A model generated the notes under the pieces. It was given only the letters and a program-made list of their open reading frames with translations, was not told where the DNA came from and made no database searches. This document shows, in pieces, positions 47,931 to 58,136 of a stretch of 64,000 nucleotides of DNA (positions are counted from its first letter, which is position 1; the number at the start of each line of letters is the position of its first letter). Both the position numbers and the translations under genes were made by a program. This DNA comes from an uncultured Pseudomonadales bacterium (GTDB taxonomy: Bacteria > Patescibacteriota > Microgenomatia > UBA1400 > Chazhemtobacteraceae), in assembly GCA_964618725.1 (NCBI GenBank), contig CAZUBK010000003.1, forward strand, positions 81,018 to 145,017. Direction: 5' to 3'.

Positions 47931-48977
47931 TTACCAACCCAAACAATTAAAGTACGCTCCCAGTTGACCTTCCTCAAGAAACCCTGGAAGCAGCCGCTTC
48001 TCGATTCCTCTCTTCTTCATCTCTTTTTTTATCTGAGACAAATACTCTCCCGCCTCTCGATAACCCAATCCGACATCCGTTTTCTCAAACCGCGTCATCT
48101 CTCCTAACCCATTTCTTTGATGTAAACATGGCTCTATTCTCACTTCAGGTTGAAAAAAAGGATATTTCAACTTTGTCCTCGATCCTGCCAAACTCACGCT
48201 TATCACCATTGCCTCCGGTGCAATTATCTTCGCTACTCCTACTGGTTCACTTCCAAAAGCCACCGCACCACCATCCCACAGACGATACCCCGCTAACCGA
48301 GTCGGAGTCATCCACAAAGGAACCGAACAAGATGCCTCCACCATTTGCCCCCAACTCGTTCCCTCAATCGGCGACCACTGCACCCGCAATCTTTGTTTCG
48401 GGAACTGCCCAATATCTACCATTGTTAACATCGTTGGTATTGGCTCTACTCCCAAACCTACTTCGTTTAAATTGCCGTCAATAAACTCTGCCAACAATCC
48501 AAGCGACCACAATCCCCCTTCTTTTACCCTTGCCATCGTTCGTATTCTCTCCCACCCCACATTCTCCGCCAATCTCTTTGCCTTTAGCCAGGACTGAAGT
48601 GATTCTACTCTCGACGCTGTTACAGCTCCAATTGCCCCTGCACTCGTCCCGACTACCATATCTATTGGTATCCCCGCCTCCAAAAGTGCTCCGATTACAC
48701 CTATATGTATCGGTGCCAACGCCCCACCACCCGACAAAACTAGGATTATTGCCTCCTTTCCTTTTCGCCTCACTTCCATTATTTCCTTCGGCAAATAATC
48801 CACTATATTTTCTCCCAATCTTAAAATCGTCTCAAACTCTCCCCCGTTTTTGTCAATTTCCTGAGGCCTAGCCGTCTCCCACCATACAAAGGTTCCCGTC
48901 AGAAGGCTCTCCGCCAATTTAAGAGATTCTATTCTCATTCTCAGGCTTAACTCCCGACACCCGTCCCTCTCCAACAT
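47931..48977 (-). CDS. Patatin-like phospholipase
   Basis: LSGGG, GTSAG, ASCSVP, DGG. Confidence 0.88.
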   Translation of the reverse strand: MLERDGCRELSLRMRIESLKLAESLLTGTFVWWETARPQEIDKNGGEFETILRLGENIVDYLPKEIMEVRRKGKEAIILVLSGGGALAPIHIGVIGALLEAGIPIDMVVGTSAGAIGAVTASRVESLQSWLKAKRLAENVGWERIRTMARVKEGGLWSLGLLAEFIDGNLNEVGLGVEPIPTMLTMVDIGQFPKQRLRVQWSPIEGTSWGQMVEASCSVPLWMTPTRLAGYRLWDGGAVAFGSEPVGVAKIIAPEAMVISVSLAGSRTKLKYPFFQPEVRIEPCLHQRNGLGEMTRFEKTDVGLGYREAGEYLSQIKKEMKKRGIEKRLLPGFLEEGQLGAYFNCLGW

Positions 48978-49064
48978 CTTGACTCAGTATTTTAACATTA
49001 TTTTCTACTACCGTGATAAAATTATCCCACTTTCGTTCTTTAACTAGTTGCAAAGGCTCAAGAA

Positions 49065-49742
49065 ATGTCACCACTAAGGAGTGCCATCGTTTTACTTATT
49101 GTCATCACTCTCTTCGCTCTTGCTAGTTGTTCCCCTGTTTCAACCGATAGTTCAACAACTCCCTCTCTCTCCTCTCCCTCCTCCACCCCTCCACCTCTCT
49201 CTACTTTCTTCTACGCCCCACCACTACCCACTCCAACTCTTGCCCCATACTGGAGTGTCACAATCAAACCCCACTCCTTTAACTCATTTAAGTACTTCAC
49301 AATTGATAATCAGACCGACCTCCTCGTCTACTACAATCCACGTGACGATGGTCGACCAATCAATGAGTATCTCCTAGATCTCAACTTGTCTTCTGATACC
49401 ACGGATCAGTATTCATTCGTCTTTGTCCCAGACACAGACTTCAATCCTGCTTTAGAAAACATTCAGCATGTTCGCTTAAAGGAGCTCAACCCCAACCACT
49501 GGCAAATCAAGATCGCCATAGGCTTCTATCTTCATTCTCTCTCCACTGACCCCTCTTATGCTAACGGCGATTACATCGCCAGATCCTTAAGCTATCTTCT
49601 CATCGAAGGCTTAACCGAAATCGGTCTCGTCAAAGACATCTACACCATCGAACAGATCATCGATATCAGAGATGATTACTCTGGATTCACTCAGCACTAC
49701 TCCAACATGATTTATTTTGCACAACCCCAACTTTCTCACTAA
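49065..49742 (+). CDS. Putative lipoprotein
   Basis: Signal peptide with LASC lipobox; Ser/Pro/Thr linker. Confidence 0.7.
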   Translation: MSPLRSAIVLLIVITLFALASCSPVSTDSSTTPSLSSPSSTPPPLSTFFYAPPLPTPTLAPYWSVTIKPHSFNSFKYFTIDNQTDLLVYYNPRDDGRPINEYLLDLNLSSDTTDQYSFVFVPDTDFNPALENIQHVRLKELNPNHWQIKIAIGFYLHSLSTDPSYANGDYIARSLSYLLIEGLTEIGLVKDIYTIEQIIDIRDDYSGFTQHYSNMIYFAQPQLSH

Positions 49743-49746
49743 TGCC

Positions 49747-49781
49747 AATAAGCACTCCCAAACAAGGAGTGCTTATTCTTT
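49747..49781 (+). terminator. Intrinsic terminator
   Basis: AATAAGCACTCC-caaacaa-GGAGTGCTTATT then CTTT. Confidence 0.7.
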
Positions 49782-49860
49782 GAACCTACGGTCTATCAAA
49801 AATCGCCCCATTTTCTTATAAGGCATTGACAACTCCACCCTAATTAATTAATTCTTAACT

Positions 49861-51825
49861 ATGGGAGCAGAACAAGACAAAGAGCGCCGGTCGCGCTTTC
49901 TTGAGGGTCTTCAAAAACACCAGAAAGAACAAGAAAGCAAGCAGTGGGAAGGAACCTTTTCTGAGTTCCTCGATTTAGTAGCTGAAAACCCATCAGTTAG
50001 CTGCACCGCCCACGAGTACCTTCGTGATAGTATCCTCCATTTTGGTGTTGAAAAATTGCCCAACGGTACCAAGCGATATGGTCTCTTCGAAAACGGCCCC
50101 TATGCCCTTTACGGCATCGAAGAAACACTCGAGGAAGTCGTTGACATGATTATCAAGGGCACCGAGAACGAAAAGGCCCGCGAATTAATTGGCCTTCTCG
50201 ATGGACCCCCCGGATCAGGTAAAAGCACCATCGCCGACGCCATTAAATGGGCCATGGAGCAGTATAGTCAAACGCAAGAAGGCGCTCGCTATGTCATCTC
50301 AACCTGTCCTCGATTTGACGACCCACTTTGGTTAGTTCCCGAAACCCTAAGACCCCAATTCCAACAGGAATTTGGCATTAGAATCGATGGTCGAGTTTGC
50401 CCAGATTGTCAACTCAAATATGGCGACAAACCCGACTGGACTGAAGAAAAAGGACTAGTCAAACGTATTTTCATCTCCGAAAAAGACCGCATTTGCATCG
50501 GTACCTTTTGGGCCACTGATCCTAAAACGCAAGATATCTCCGAGCTCCTCGGTACCGTCGATCTTACCGGTTACGCCGCACACGGTGTCACCACCCATCC
50601 CGATGCCTACAGTTTTGATGGGGAATTGAACCGAAGCAATCGCGGCTTCATGGAATTTGGTGAAATGTTCAGGGCCGACGAGGTTTTTCTCCGCCCGCTT
50701 CTCAATATCAGCGAACAAGAGCTAAAAGTGCCCAACTTCGCCAACCTTCATTATGACGCCTTCATCCTCGGTCATACCAACATCGAAAGTTACAAAAAAC
50801 GCCTCGTCAATGATAAAGAGGCCGAAGCACTTCGTCGCCGTCTTCGAGTCATCGATGTTCCCCTTAACAAAAAAGTCTCTGCCGAAATTAGAATCTATGA
50901 AAAACTAATTAAAGAAAAGGGTCAGATCACTAGTCGAGTCCACATCAATCCCCTTACCCTTCGTATCGCCGCCATCTGGACAGTTCTCACTCGTCTTAAA
51001 CCATCTCAGCTGCTAACCGATCCTCTCAACAAAATGAAGTTTTACGATGACCAACCCATCTCTCTAGCCGAATCTAACCGTCCTCCAACCATGGACGAAA
51101 TCAAGAAAGAAGCCGGTCGAGACGAGTGTATGAGTGGTATCCCGCCGACATATACCGTCATCAGTCTTGTCGACGCAATGATCAAAGATGACCGCCACTG
51201 CCTTAACCCCTATGACGCCCTTACTGCTCTTAAAAACAATCTCGATCACAACACCGACACCAAGGAAATGCCTGCCAAGGAACGTGAACACGTCCTCAAC
51301 ATGATCGCCTATGCCGAACGTGAATACAATGCCACCATTAAGCGAGAAGTCCAAGCTGCTTTCGTCTATTCTTTTGAAGAATCCGCCCAAGCTCTTTTTG
51401 ACAAATATATGCAACACGTTGAGGCATATATCCAAAAAAGAAATCTTACCGATCCCTTAACTGGTCGTGACCTCTCTCCAGATGAAAAGTTCATGAGAAG
51501 CCTTGAAGAACGCATCGGTATCGTCGAAAACGCCAAGAAAGAAAAGCGTCTCACTTTCCTTGCCGAACGAGGCATGGTTACCATTGATCGCGATCGTTAT
51601 ACTTCCTACCCCCGTCTTCGTGAAGCTATCGAAGCCAAGCTTTTTGCTGATATGCGCGATTATATTCAAGTCGCCACTAGTGTCACCACTCCCAACGAAG
51701 AACAACTCAAACGTATCAACACCGTCGCCGCTACTCTGATTGAAGAACACGGCTTCTGCTCCGAATGCGCCAATCACGCCATCCGTTACGTCGGAGACCT
51801 CCTCAGCAAGGAGAACTCTAAATAA
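49861..51825 (+). CDS. prkA: PrkA/YeaG-family AAA+ serine kinase
   Basis: WEGTFSEFL, GPPGSGKS, FDGELNRSNRG, GHTN, ALRRR, HGFC. Confidence 0.92.
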   Translation: MGAEQDKERRSRFLEGLQKHQKEQESKQWEGTFSEFLDLVAENPSVSCTAHEYLRDSILHFGVEKLPNGTKRYGLFENGPYALYGIEETLEEVVDMIIKGTENEKARELIGLLDGPPGSGKSTIADAIKWAMEQYSQTQEGARYVISTCPRFDDPLWLVPETLRPQFQQEFGIRIDGRVCPDCQLKYGDKPDWTEEKGLVKRIFISEKDRICIGTFWATDPKTQDISELLGTVDLTGYAAHGVTTHPDAYSFDGELNRSNRGFMEFGEMFRADEVFLRPLLNISEQELKVPNFANLHYDAFILGHTNIESYKKRLVNDKEAEALRRRLRVIDVPLNKKVSAEIRIYEKLIKEKGQITSRVHINPLTLRIAAIWTVLTRLKPSQLLTDPLNKMKFYDDQPISLAESNRPPTMDEIKKEAGRDECMSGIPPTYTVISLVDAMIKDDRHCLNPYDALTALKNNLDHNTDTKEMPAKEREHVLNMIAYAEREYNATIKREVQAAFVYSFEESAQALFDKYMQHVEAYIQKRNLTDPLTGRDLSPDEKFMRSLEERIGIVENAKKEKRLTFLAERGMVTIDRDRYTSYPRLREAIEAKLFADMRDYIQVATSVTTPNEEQLKRINTVAATLIEEHGFCSECANHAIRYVGDLLSKENSK

Positions 51826-51826
51826 T

Positions 51827-52990
51827 ATGTCTTCAAAAGAAGTCGGATCTTTTTCCATCTCCCGTAAAGACTGGAGTCTTCATCGCAAGGCTCCAATTGA
51901 CGTCTCCCGGCATGACGAAAAAATCAAAGAAGTCATCCGCGAGAATCTCCCTGACATTATTGGTGACTACGACATCATTACCTCCGATCCCGACACCAAA
52001 CAAATTGTTCGCATCCCCATGCGAACCCTGGAGCTACCTCGAATCCGTTATGGCGACCCAACCAAGGGTATTGGTAGTGGAGAAGGCAAAAAGCCCGGCG
52101 ATATTTTAGGTCAAATCCCCAAAAAAGGTGAAGGCAACGAACCCGGCGCTGGTGACCAACCCGGAGAAGAAGGCTATTACGAAGTCGAGTACGATATCCT
52201 TGAGTTAGCCTTCGAAGAGTTAGGCCTCCCTTATCTTAAACCCAAACAAACCGCTGATCTAGAACAAGTCGATATCATCTACGACCGACTTCGCAAGAAA
52301 AAGCAGCTCACTAACATTGACATCACCAGAACTGTTTTAGAAAACATGAAACGCAACGCCAAACAAAAGGGACAAGTAGTTTTTGGTGATCTCAAACTCG
52401 ACGATCTGGTAAATCGCGACAGCCGTGAAAAACCTCACCCCAGCACAAACGCCCTCCTCATTCTCATGGCCGACAACTCCGGTTCAATTGGTAAGAACGA
52501 ACAATACATTATTCGTATTACCTGTCGTTGGATCCTCGGCTTACTCCGTCGCCGTTACCAACAGGTCGAGGTCCTTCTTATCAATCATACGTCTGATGCC
52601 CGTGAGGTTGACGAAAAAGCTTTTTTTAGCCAAAACGCCTCTGGAGGTACCATCTGTTCTTCTGCCAACGAACTTGCTCTGAAAATAATCCATGACCGTT
52701 TTCCCGTTTCCCAATACAACATCTATCCACTTCACTTTTCCGATGGTGATAATCTTAGCTCCGACAATGATCACTGCGTCAACACCGTCAAGGCCCTCCT
52801 CGAACTTGGAGTCAACCAATACGCCTATTTTCAAATCGGTCGAAACAATTATGGTATGTTTTCCTCCAATCTATATGACATTTACAAGAAAAAAATCCAG
52901 CACGAACGCTTTCACGCTCTCTCAACCCCCGACAAAAAGGATATCTATCCCGCCCTTCAAGAAATATTTAACGCTGAATTGAATGAATAA
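51827..52990 (+). CDS. yeaH: YeaH/YhbH (DUF444) vWA-like protein
   Basis: DWSLHRK, GAGDQPG, MADNSGS, SGGTICSS, HFSDGDN; ATG at 51827. Confidence 0.9.
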   Translation: MSSKEVGSFSISRKDWSLHRKAPIDVSRHDEKIKEVIRENLPDIIGDYDIITSDPDTKQIVRIPMRTLELPRIRYGDPTKGIGSGEGKKPGDILGQIPKKGEGNEPGAGDQPGEEGYYEVEYDILELAFEELGLPYLKPKQTADLEQVDIIYDRLRKKKQLTNIDITRTVLENMKRNAKQKGQVVFGDLKLDDLVNRDSREKPHPSTNALLILMADNSGSIGKNEQYIIRITCRWILGLLRRRYQQVEVLLINHTSDAREVDEKAFFSQNASGGTICSSANELALKIIHDRFPVSQYNIYPLHFSDGDNLSSDNDHCVNTVKALLELGVNQYAYFQIGRNNYGMFSSNLYDIYKKKIQHERFHALSTPDKKDIYPALQEIFNAELNE

Positions 52991-54455
52991 AGAACTACTT
53001 CAGCTACCCGAAGGACACAGACATCCTCTTTCACTTGAACAAGGACTTACCCACATCTATGAAATAGGTGCGGAGTTTCAACTCGACCCCTTCCCCACCC
53101 ATTTTGAAGTCGTCCCTTCTCACATTCTCTACGAGTTCGCTGCCTATACCATTCCCAATCGCCCTCATCACTGGACTCACGGTCGCACCTATCAAATTCT
53201 CAAATCCCAGTACGACCACGGTCTCTCCCGAATTTATGAAATGGTCGTCAACAGTAATCCCGCCTTCGCCCTCCTCCTGGAAAACAATCCCGACACTGCC
53301 AACATTCTTGTCTGTGCCCACGTCAGCGGCCACGTTGACTTCTTTAAACACAATTTTCTCTTCAAACAAACTGATCGCGACATGCCCCATCTCTCTTCCC
53401 TTCGCTCCGACCGGATTCAAATTTATGAAAGCCAGCACGGAAGTCTTCAAGTCGAGAGATTCTTAGACGATGTCCTCACTCTTGCCGACCATGTCGATCC
53501 TCAAACCCCTTTCCGCCTCTCCAAAGAAGAACAGTTGACCTTATGGAGAGAGGAATTAAAAAAAACACCTCTTCCGCGACCTCCTCTTCAAATTCCGTTT
53601 CGTGAAGACAAAGATATCTTGGGCTTTCTCCATGACTTCTCCCCTGATCTGGAGGAGTGGCAAAGAGATATCCTCGATATCGTCAGGCTTGAATCCATCT
53701 ACTTCTATCCCCAAAAACGCACCAAGATAATGAACGAAGGTTGGGCCAGCCTTTGGCACAAAAACATCATGTTGGAACTAAACCGTCGTAACCTCATCTC
53801 CGCCTCTCAACACGAAGACTGGACTGATCTCCATTCACCCATCGTCTCTCCACGAGAACAAGGACTCAATCCCTATTGGTTCGGACTAGTGATGTGGGAG
53901 TATCTCATCGACTACTTTAACGGCAATCTTACCCCTAATGAAAACAATTGGCTAAAAGACAATCGTTGGCCCATTTATCCTCGCTTCGAAGGCCCCCTTC
54001 GCTACTCTCCCGCGATTCCCAAAATTCGTGACATCATGATGACCAACGACGACCAAAGTTTCATCTTTAACTACTATAATTCCATCTCTCACAACCGCAT
54101 GAATAACTATCTCTACGACACTCATGATATGGGTGATAAGGATCTGATCTATGTCAGCACGACGCAGTGGCAGGACGTCCGCGAATACCTAATTAACAGT
54201 CTTACTAACTGCGGTGACCCCTATCTAGTCGTCACCGACGCCAACTATAATGATAATGGACAACTTCTCATCGAGCATCGCTTTGACGGCACCTATCTTG
54301 ATATCGACTACCTAGAAAAAACCCTTCCCTACCTCTACAAGCTCTGGGCCCCCATCAGTCAGCGCGACGTCCATATCAAGACCATGTTGCCCGGAAGGAA
54401 TGGTCCAGAAGAAGTCATCTACGGCTATGATGGCGATGACGTCTATTATGACTAA
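52983..54455 (+). CDS. spoVR: SpoVR/YcgB-family protein
   Basis: HHWTHG, IYEMVVNS, AHVSGHVDFFKHN, TKIMNEGWASLWH, NPYWFG. Confidence 0.93.
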   Translation: MNKELLQLPEGHRHPLSLEQGLTHIYEIGAEFQLDPFPTHFEVVPSHILYEFAAYTIPNRPHHWTHGRTYQILKSQYDHGLSRIYEMVVNSNPAFALLLENNPDTANILVCAHVSGHVDFFKHNFLFKQTDRDMPHLSSLRSDRIQIYESQHGSLQVERFLDDVLTLADHVDPQTPFRLSKEEQLTLWREELKKTPLPRPPLQIPFREDKDILGFLHDFSPDLEEWQRDILDIVRLESIYFYPQKRTKIMNEGWASLWHKNIMLELNRRNLISASQHEDWTDLHSPIVSPREQGLNPYWFGLVMWEYLIDYFNGNLTPNENNWLKDNRWPIYPRFEGPLRYSPAIPKIRDIMMTNDDQSFIFNYYNSISHNRMNNYLYDTHDMGDKDLIYVSTTQWQDVREYLINSLTNCGDPYLVVTDANYNDNGQLLIEHRFDGTYLDIDYLEKTLPYLYKLWAPISQRDVHIKTMLPGRNGPEEVIYGYDGDDVYYD

Positions 54456-54469
54456 ATCCCACTTTCTCC

Positions 54470-55756
54470 CTATTCTGTCTTAAACTGTTCTTCTTCTGTC
54501 GACCCCTTCAAGGCCGTCGTTGAAGACCGCCCCTTACTAACAGCCATGCTGATTCGGTCAAAGTACCCCGCTCCCACCTCTCGTTGATGCTTTGTTGCGG
54601 TGTACCCGTTTTCTTCTGCTGCAAATTCTGCATCTTGAACCTCCTCTATATACGCCGCCATCCCTCTCTCCTGATATGCCAAAGCTTCATTAAAGCTATG
54701 TAAGTTGTTACTGTGCCACTCCCACAGCGTTACAAAATTGAACTTGTACCCCATCTTTCCCAACTCTTCCTGAAATCCCAATATTTCATCAATGCTCATG
54801 TACTTTCTCCAATTAAATGACGGGCTACAGTTATATGCCAGCTTCTTTCCCGGAAACTGCTCATGGATTGCCTCTGCAAACTTCCGTGCCTCTTCCAAAT
54901 TAGGCGTTTTTGTCTCACACCACACCATATCGGCATATGGAGCATAAGCCAGCCCCCTCGCAATCGCTGACGTAAGCCCATTGCGAACCAGATAGTAACC
55001 TTCTTCAGTACGTTCTCCGGTAATGAATGGCAGGTCATATGGATCAATATCAGAAGTCAGTAATGTTGCTGATTCTGCATCGGTCCTCGCTACTAAAATC
55101 GTCGAAGTTCCCATCACGTCCGCCGCCAATCTAGCTGCGCGAAGTGTCTTAACAAACTGCGAAGTAGGAACCAACACCTTACCCCCCAAATGACCGCATT
55201 TTTTCTCCGCTGCCAACTGATCTTCAAAATGCACTCCTGAGGCGCCTCCCTCAATCATTGCTTTCATCAACTCATATGCTTGTAAAGGTCCTCCAAAGCC
55301 CGCCTCTGCATCAGCCACAATCGGCACCAGCCAATCTCGACTCACCTCTCCTTTTTCCTCCCATTCAATTTCATCCGCCCTTCGCAATGCCTTGTTCAAT
55401 CTGTTCACCACCTCTGGTACACTATTTGCCGGATATAAGCTTTGATCTGGATATGTCTGACCAGCCAAGTTTGCATCAGCAGCCGTTTGCCAACCGGATA
55501 AATAAATTGCTCTCATTCCTGCTCGCACCATTTGTACTGCCCTTGACCCCGTGTATGTCCCAAAAGTAAACACATACCCATCTTCATTCAACATCTGCCA
55601 TAGTTTTTCTGCCCCCGCTTTTGCCACTGAATACTCAATCTCCTTCGATCCCCTCAAAGCAACTACATCCTCAACCAAATAATCCCTCGTGGTATTTTTC
55701 CATCGATCACTTTCCCATTGATTACTAATCATCTCAATCATTTCCAATTTGTTCAT
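54470..55756 (-). CDS. aceA: Isocitrate lyase
   Basis: YLSGWQ, YPDQSLYP, DAEAGFGG, KKCGHLGGK, AYNCSPSFNW, HQREVG, GSTEEEQF. Confidence 0.97.
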   Translation of the reverse strand: MNKLEMIEMISNQWESDRWKNTTRDYLVEDVVALRGSKEIEYSVAKAGAEKLWQMLNEDGYVFTFGTYTGSRAVQMVRAGMRAIYLSGWQTAADANLAGQTYPDQSLYPANSVPEVVNRLNKALRRADEIEWEEKGEVSRDWLVPIVADAEAGFGGPLQAYELMKAMIEGGASGVHFEDQLAAEKKCGHLGGKVLVPTSQFVKTLRAARLAADVMGTSTILVARTDAESATLLTSDIDPYDLPFITGERTEEGYYLVRNGLTSAIARGLAYAPYADMVWCETKTPNLEEARKFAEAIHEQFPGKKLAYNCSPSFNWRKYMSIDEILGFQEELGKMGYKFNFVTLWEWHSNNLHSFNEALAYQERGMAAYIEEVQDAEFAAEENGYTATKHQREVGAGYFDRISMAVSKGRSSTTALKGSTEEEQFKTE

Positions 55757-57395
55757 CTTCTTTCTTACGTAAATAGTAATAGGCTGGTAACGTCAGAAAC
55801 TCTTCCAAGCTCTCCTTCATCGTTAGGTTGTAGAAAATCTCCACTGCCTCCAAGAGCTCCCCTCTCTCCCCTTTTTCCTCTATCAACCTATCTACTTCCT
55901 CTTCGAATATGTTTTCAAATAAGTCTCGCTCCATCTTCCGCCCATCTGCCAAAGTCGCTCCGTGCCTTAACCACTGCCACAACTGTACCCGACAAATCTC
56001 TGCCGTTGCCGCATCCTCCATCAAGTTGTACAATGGCACACAGCCGTTCCCAGACAACCACGACTCTAAATATAGGAGTCCCACATTTATATTTCTTCTT
56101 ATCCCCGCTTCTGTTACCCTTCCCTTATCCATCTGCAACAGTTCCTTCTCAATAACAACATTCTGTCCTCTTCTCTCAATTTGATTTGGTTTCCCATCTA
56201 ATCCCTTTTCAAAGATCTCTTTGGCTAATACCACCAATCCTGGATGGGCTACCCAAGTCCCATCAAGACCCAAGGCTACTTCCCTTCTCTTGTCTTCCCT
56301 CACCTTCTCCATCGCCATTTCATTTGCTTGAAAATCACCCTTAATCGGAATCTGTGCTGCCATCCCCCCCATCGCGTGCGCTCCCCGCCGGTGACAGACC
56401 TCTATTAGTTTTCGCACATAGGCCTCCATAAAGGAGGCCTTCATTGTTACCTCACTTCTATCCGGTAACACCATTTCCGAATTATTTCTAAACGTCTTAA
56501 TCAACGAGAAAATATAGTCCCACCTGCCACAATTAAGCCCAAGACTGTGCTCTCTCAATTCCCACAAGATCTCATCCATCTCAAACGCCGCCAACACGTG
56601 TTCTATTAACACCGTCGCTTTAATCACCCCCCTCTCCGTCTCCAACCGATCCTCTGTCCACTTGAAGATATCGTTCCACAACCTCGCTTCGTCATGGCTT
56701 TGAAGTTTGGGAAGATAAAAATAGGCTCCTCTTTCACTCTCCACCAACTCTCGCCCATTCAAAAGCATGTACAAACCGAAATCAAACAACGTTGCCCTCA
56801 TCGGCCGCCCTTCCATCCAAACATGATCCTCAATCATGTGCCACCCCCTTGGCCTCACCATCAATACAACCGTCTTCTCATTCAATCGATATTCCTTGCC
56901 CTCTGGACTAACATACTCAATCTCCCTCCTGATCGCATCCATCAAGTTAATCTGGCCGTTCACCACATTCTCCCAAGTAGGCGAAAGACTATCCTCAAAG
57001 TCCGCCATAAATACATTTGCCCCACTATTTAGGCCATTGATTATCATTTTCCGATCTACCGGCCCCGTTACCTCCACCCGTCGATCTCTTAAGTCATCTG
57101 GTGCCTCTGCTATCTGCCACTCACCCTCCCGTATCCATCTTGTCTCCTCCAAAAAAGAGGGGACTGCCCCTCCATCAATTTCTCGCTGTTTTTGTACCCG
57201 TTTCAATAACAGTTCATTTACCCTGGGACCAAACACTTTCTCCATCTCCACTACAAATTCAATCGCCTCTGAAGTTAACACCTCCTCAAATCGCTCACCC
57301 CACTTACCTCTCATCTCTACCCCCTTGGCCGCAAACCCCCTTCTCAATTCCTCATCATTTCCCCTCCTTGGTGCCTGTTCCTTTCGATCTGCCAT
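55734..57395 (-). CDS. aceB: Malate synthase A
   Basis: DRRVEVTGP, MADFEDS, RPRGWH, YLPKL, NCGRWDYIFS, MGGMAAQIP, MEDAATAEI, FLTLPAY; probable start 57395. Confidence 0.97.
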   Translation of the reverse strand: MADRKEQAPRRGNDEELRRGFAAKGVEMRGKWGERFEEVLTSEAIEFVVEMEKVFGPRVNELLLKRVQKQREIDGGAVPSFLEETRWIREGEWQIAEAPDDLRDRRVEVTGPVDRKMIINGLNSGANVFMADFEDSLSPTWENVVNGQINLMDAIRREIEYVSPEGKEYRLNEKTVVLMVRPRGWHMIEDHVWMEGRPMRATLFDFGLYMLLNGRELVESERGAYFYLPKLQSHDEARLWNDIFKWTEDRLETERGVIKATVLIEHVLAAFEMDEILWELREHSLGLNCGRWDYIFSLIKTFRNNSEMVLPDRSEVTMKASFMEAYVRKLIEVCHRRGAHAMGGMAAQIPIKGDFQANEMAMEKVREDKRREVALGLDGTWVAHPGLVVLAKEIFEKGLDGKPNQIERRGQNVVIEKELLQMDKGRVTEAGIRRNINVGLLYLESWLSGNGCVPLYNLMEDAATAEICRVQLWQWLRHGATLADGRKMERDLFENIFEEEVDRLIEEKGERGELLEAVEIFYNLTMKESLEEFLTLPAYYYLRKKEDEQIGND

Positions 57396-57518
57396 ATTCC
57401 CCTTTTTAAGAGTTCTCTCCACCCTATCAATCTTCTAAAACTCATGTCAACTACCATTTTAGTCTGAGTTCAATCTCGTAATATTTACTTTTGATCTCTC
57501 AACTTCTACACTTAACCC

Positions 57519-58136
57519 ATGCCCAATATCGATCCTCCATTGGTTGATCTTAAGGTCAATAATCCCGTCACCTACCTTAAAAAATGGTGGGCTAAAATCA
57601 TCGGCAATGAAGGTATCGACTTCCGTCTTCACTTTCATCCTCTCACCGCCATCGCTATGGCACTCGCCATCGCCAGTGTCGGCTTTGGCGTTGGCCGCTT
57701 CGTCTTCCCCTTCTCTGTCCCATTCTTTAAGTATGTCGAAGATCCTGTAAGGGTCGAAGATCCTGTAAGGGTCGAAGATCCTGTAAGGGTCGAAGATCCT
57801 GTACCAGTCTCCTCTACTGACATTCTCAAAGACACCGCCTTCGTCGGCACCCTTCACTACTCCGACACAACAAAAAAGTACTACCTCGTCACCACCTCTT
57901 CCGAAGCCATCACTCTACAAATCCCCAATAATATTGATCTTGAACCCCTCATCAGTAAACGCATCCTCGCCGCCGGACAATATAATAAAACGAAACGACT
58001 ACTAGAAGTCGACGACGCCAAAGATATGGAAGTCCTTCCCAAGAAACCTTCTCCTGTTCCCACCGCTGCCCCCACACCAACCCCCACTACCACTCCCGTT
58101 CCTACCGAGACAATCCCCTCTGGGTCTTCTCTCTAA
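57519..58136 (+). CDS. Membrane-anchored hypothetical protein with VEDPVR tandem repeat
   Basis: One TM helix, repeat linker, C-terminal PT-rich tail. Confidence 0.75.
   Translation: MPNIDPPLVDLKVNNPVTYLKKWWAKIIGNEGIDFRLHFHPLTAIAMALAIASVGFGVGRFVFPFSVPFFKYVEDPVRVEDPVRVEDPVRVEDPVPVSSTDILKDTAFVGTLHYSDTTKKYYLVTTSSEAITLQIPNNIDLEPLISKRILAAGQYNKTKRLLEVDDAKDMEVLPKKPSPVPTAAPTPTPTTTPVPTETIPSGSSL
57735..57803 (+). repeat. Perfect 18-bp coding tandem repeat, 3.8 copies
   Basis: GTCGAAGATCCTGTAAGG x3 plus 15 nt. Confidence 0.95.

Noticed and set aside
57735-57803. CRISPR array
   Set aside because: Repeats are contiguous with no spacers, in frame in a CDS, and there are no cas genes
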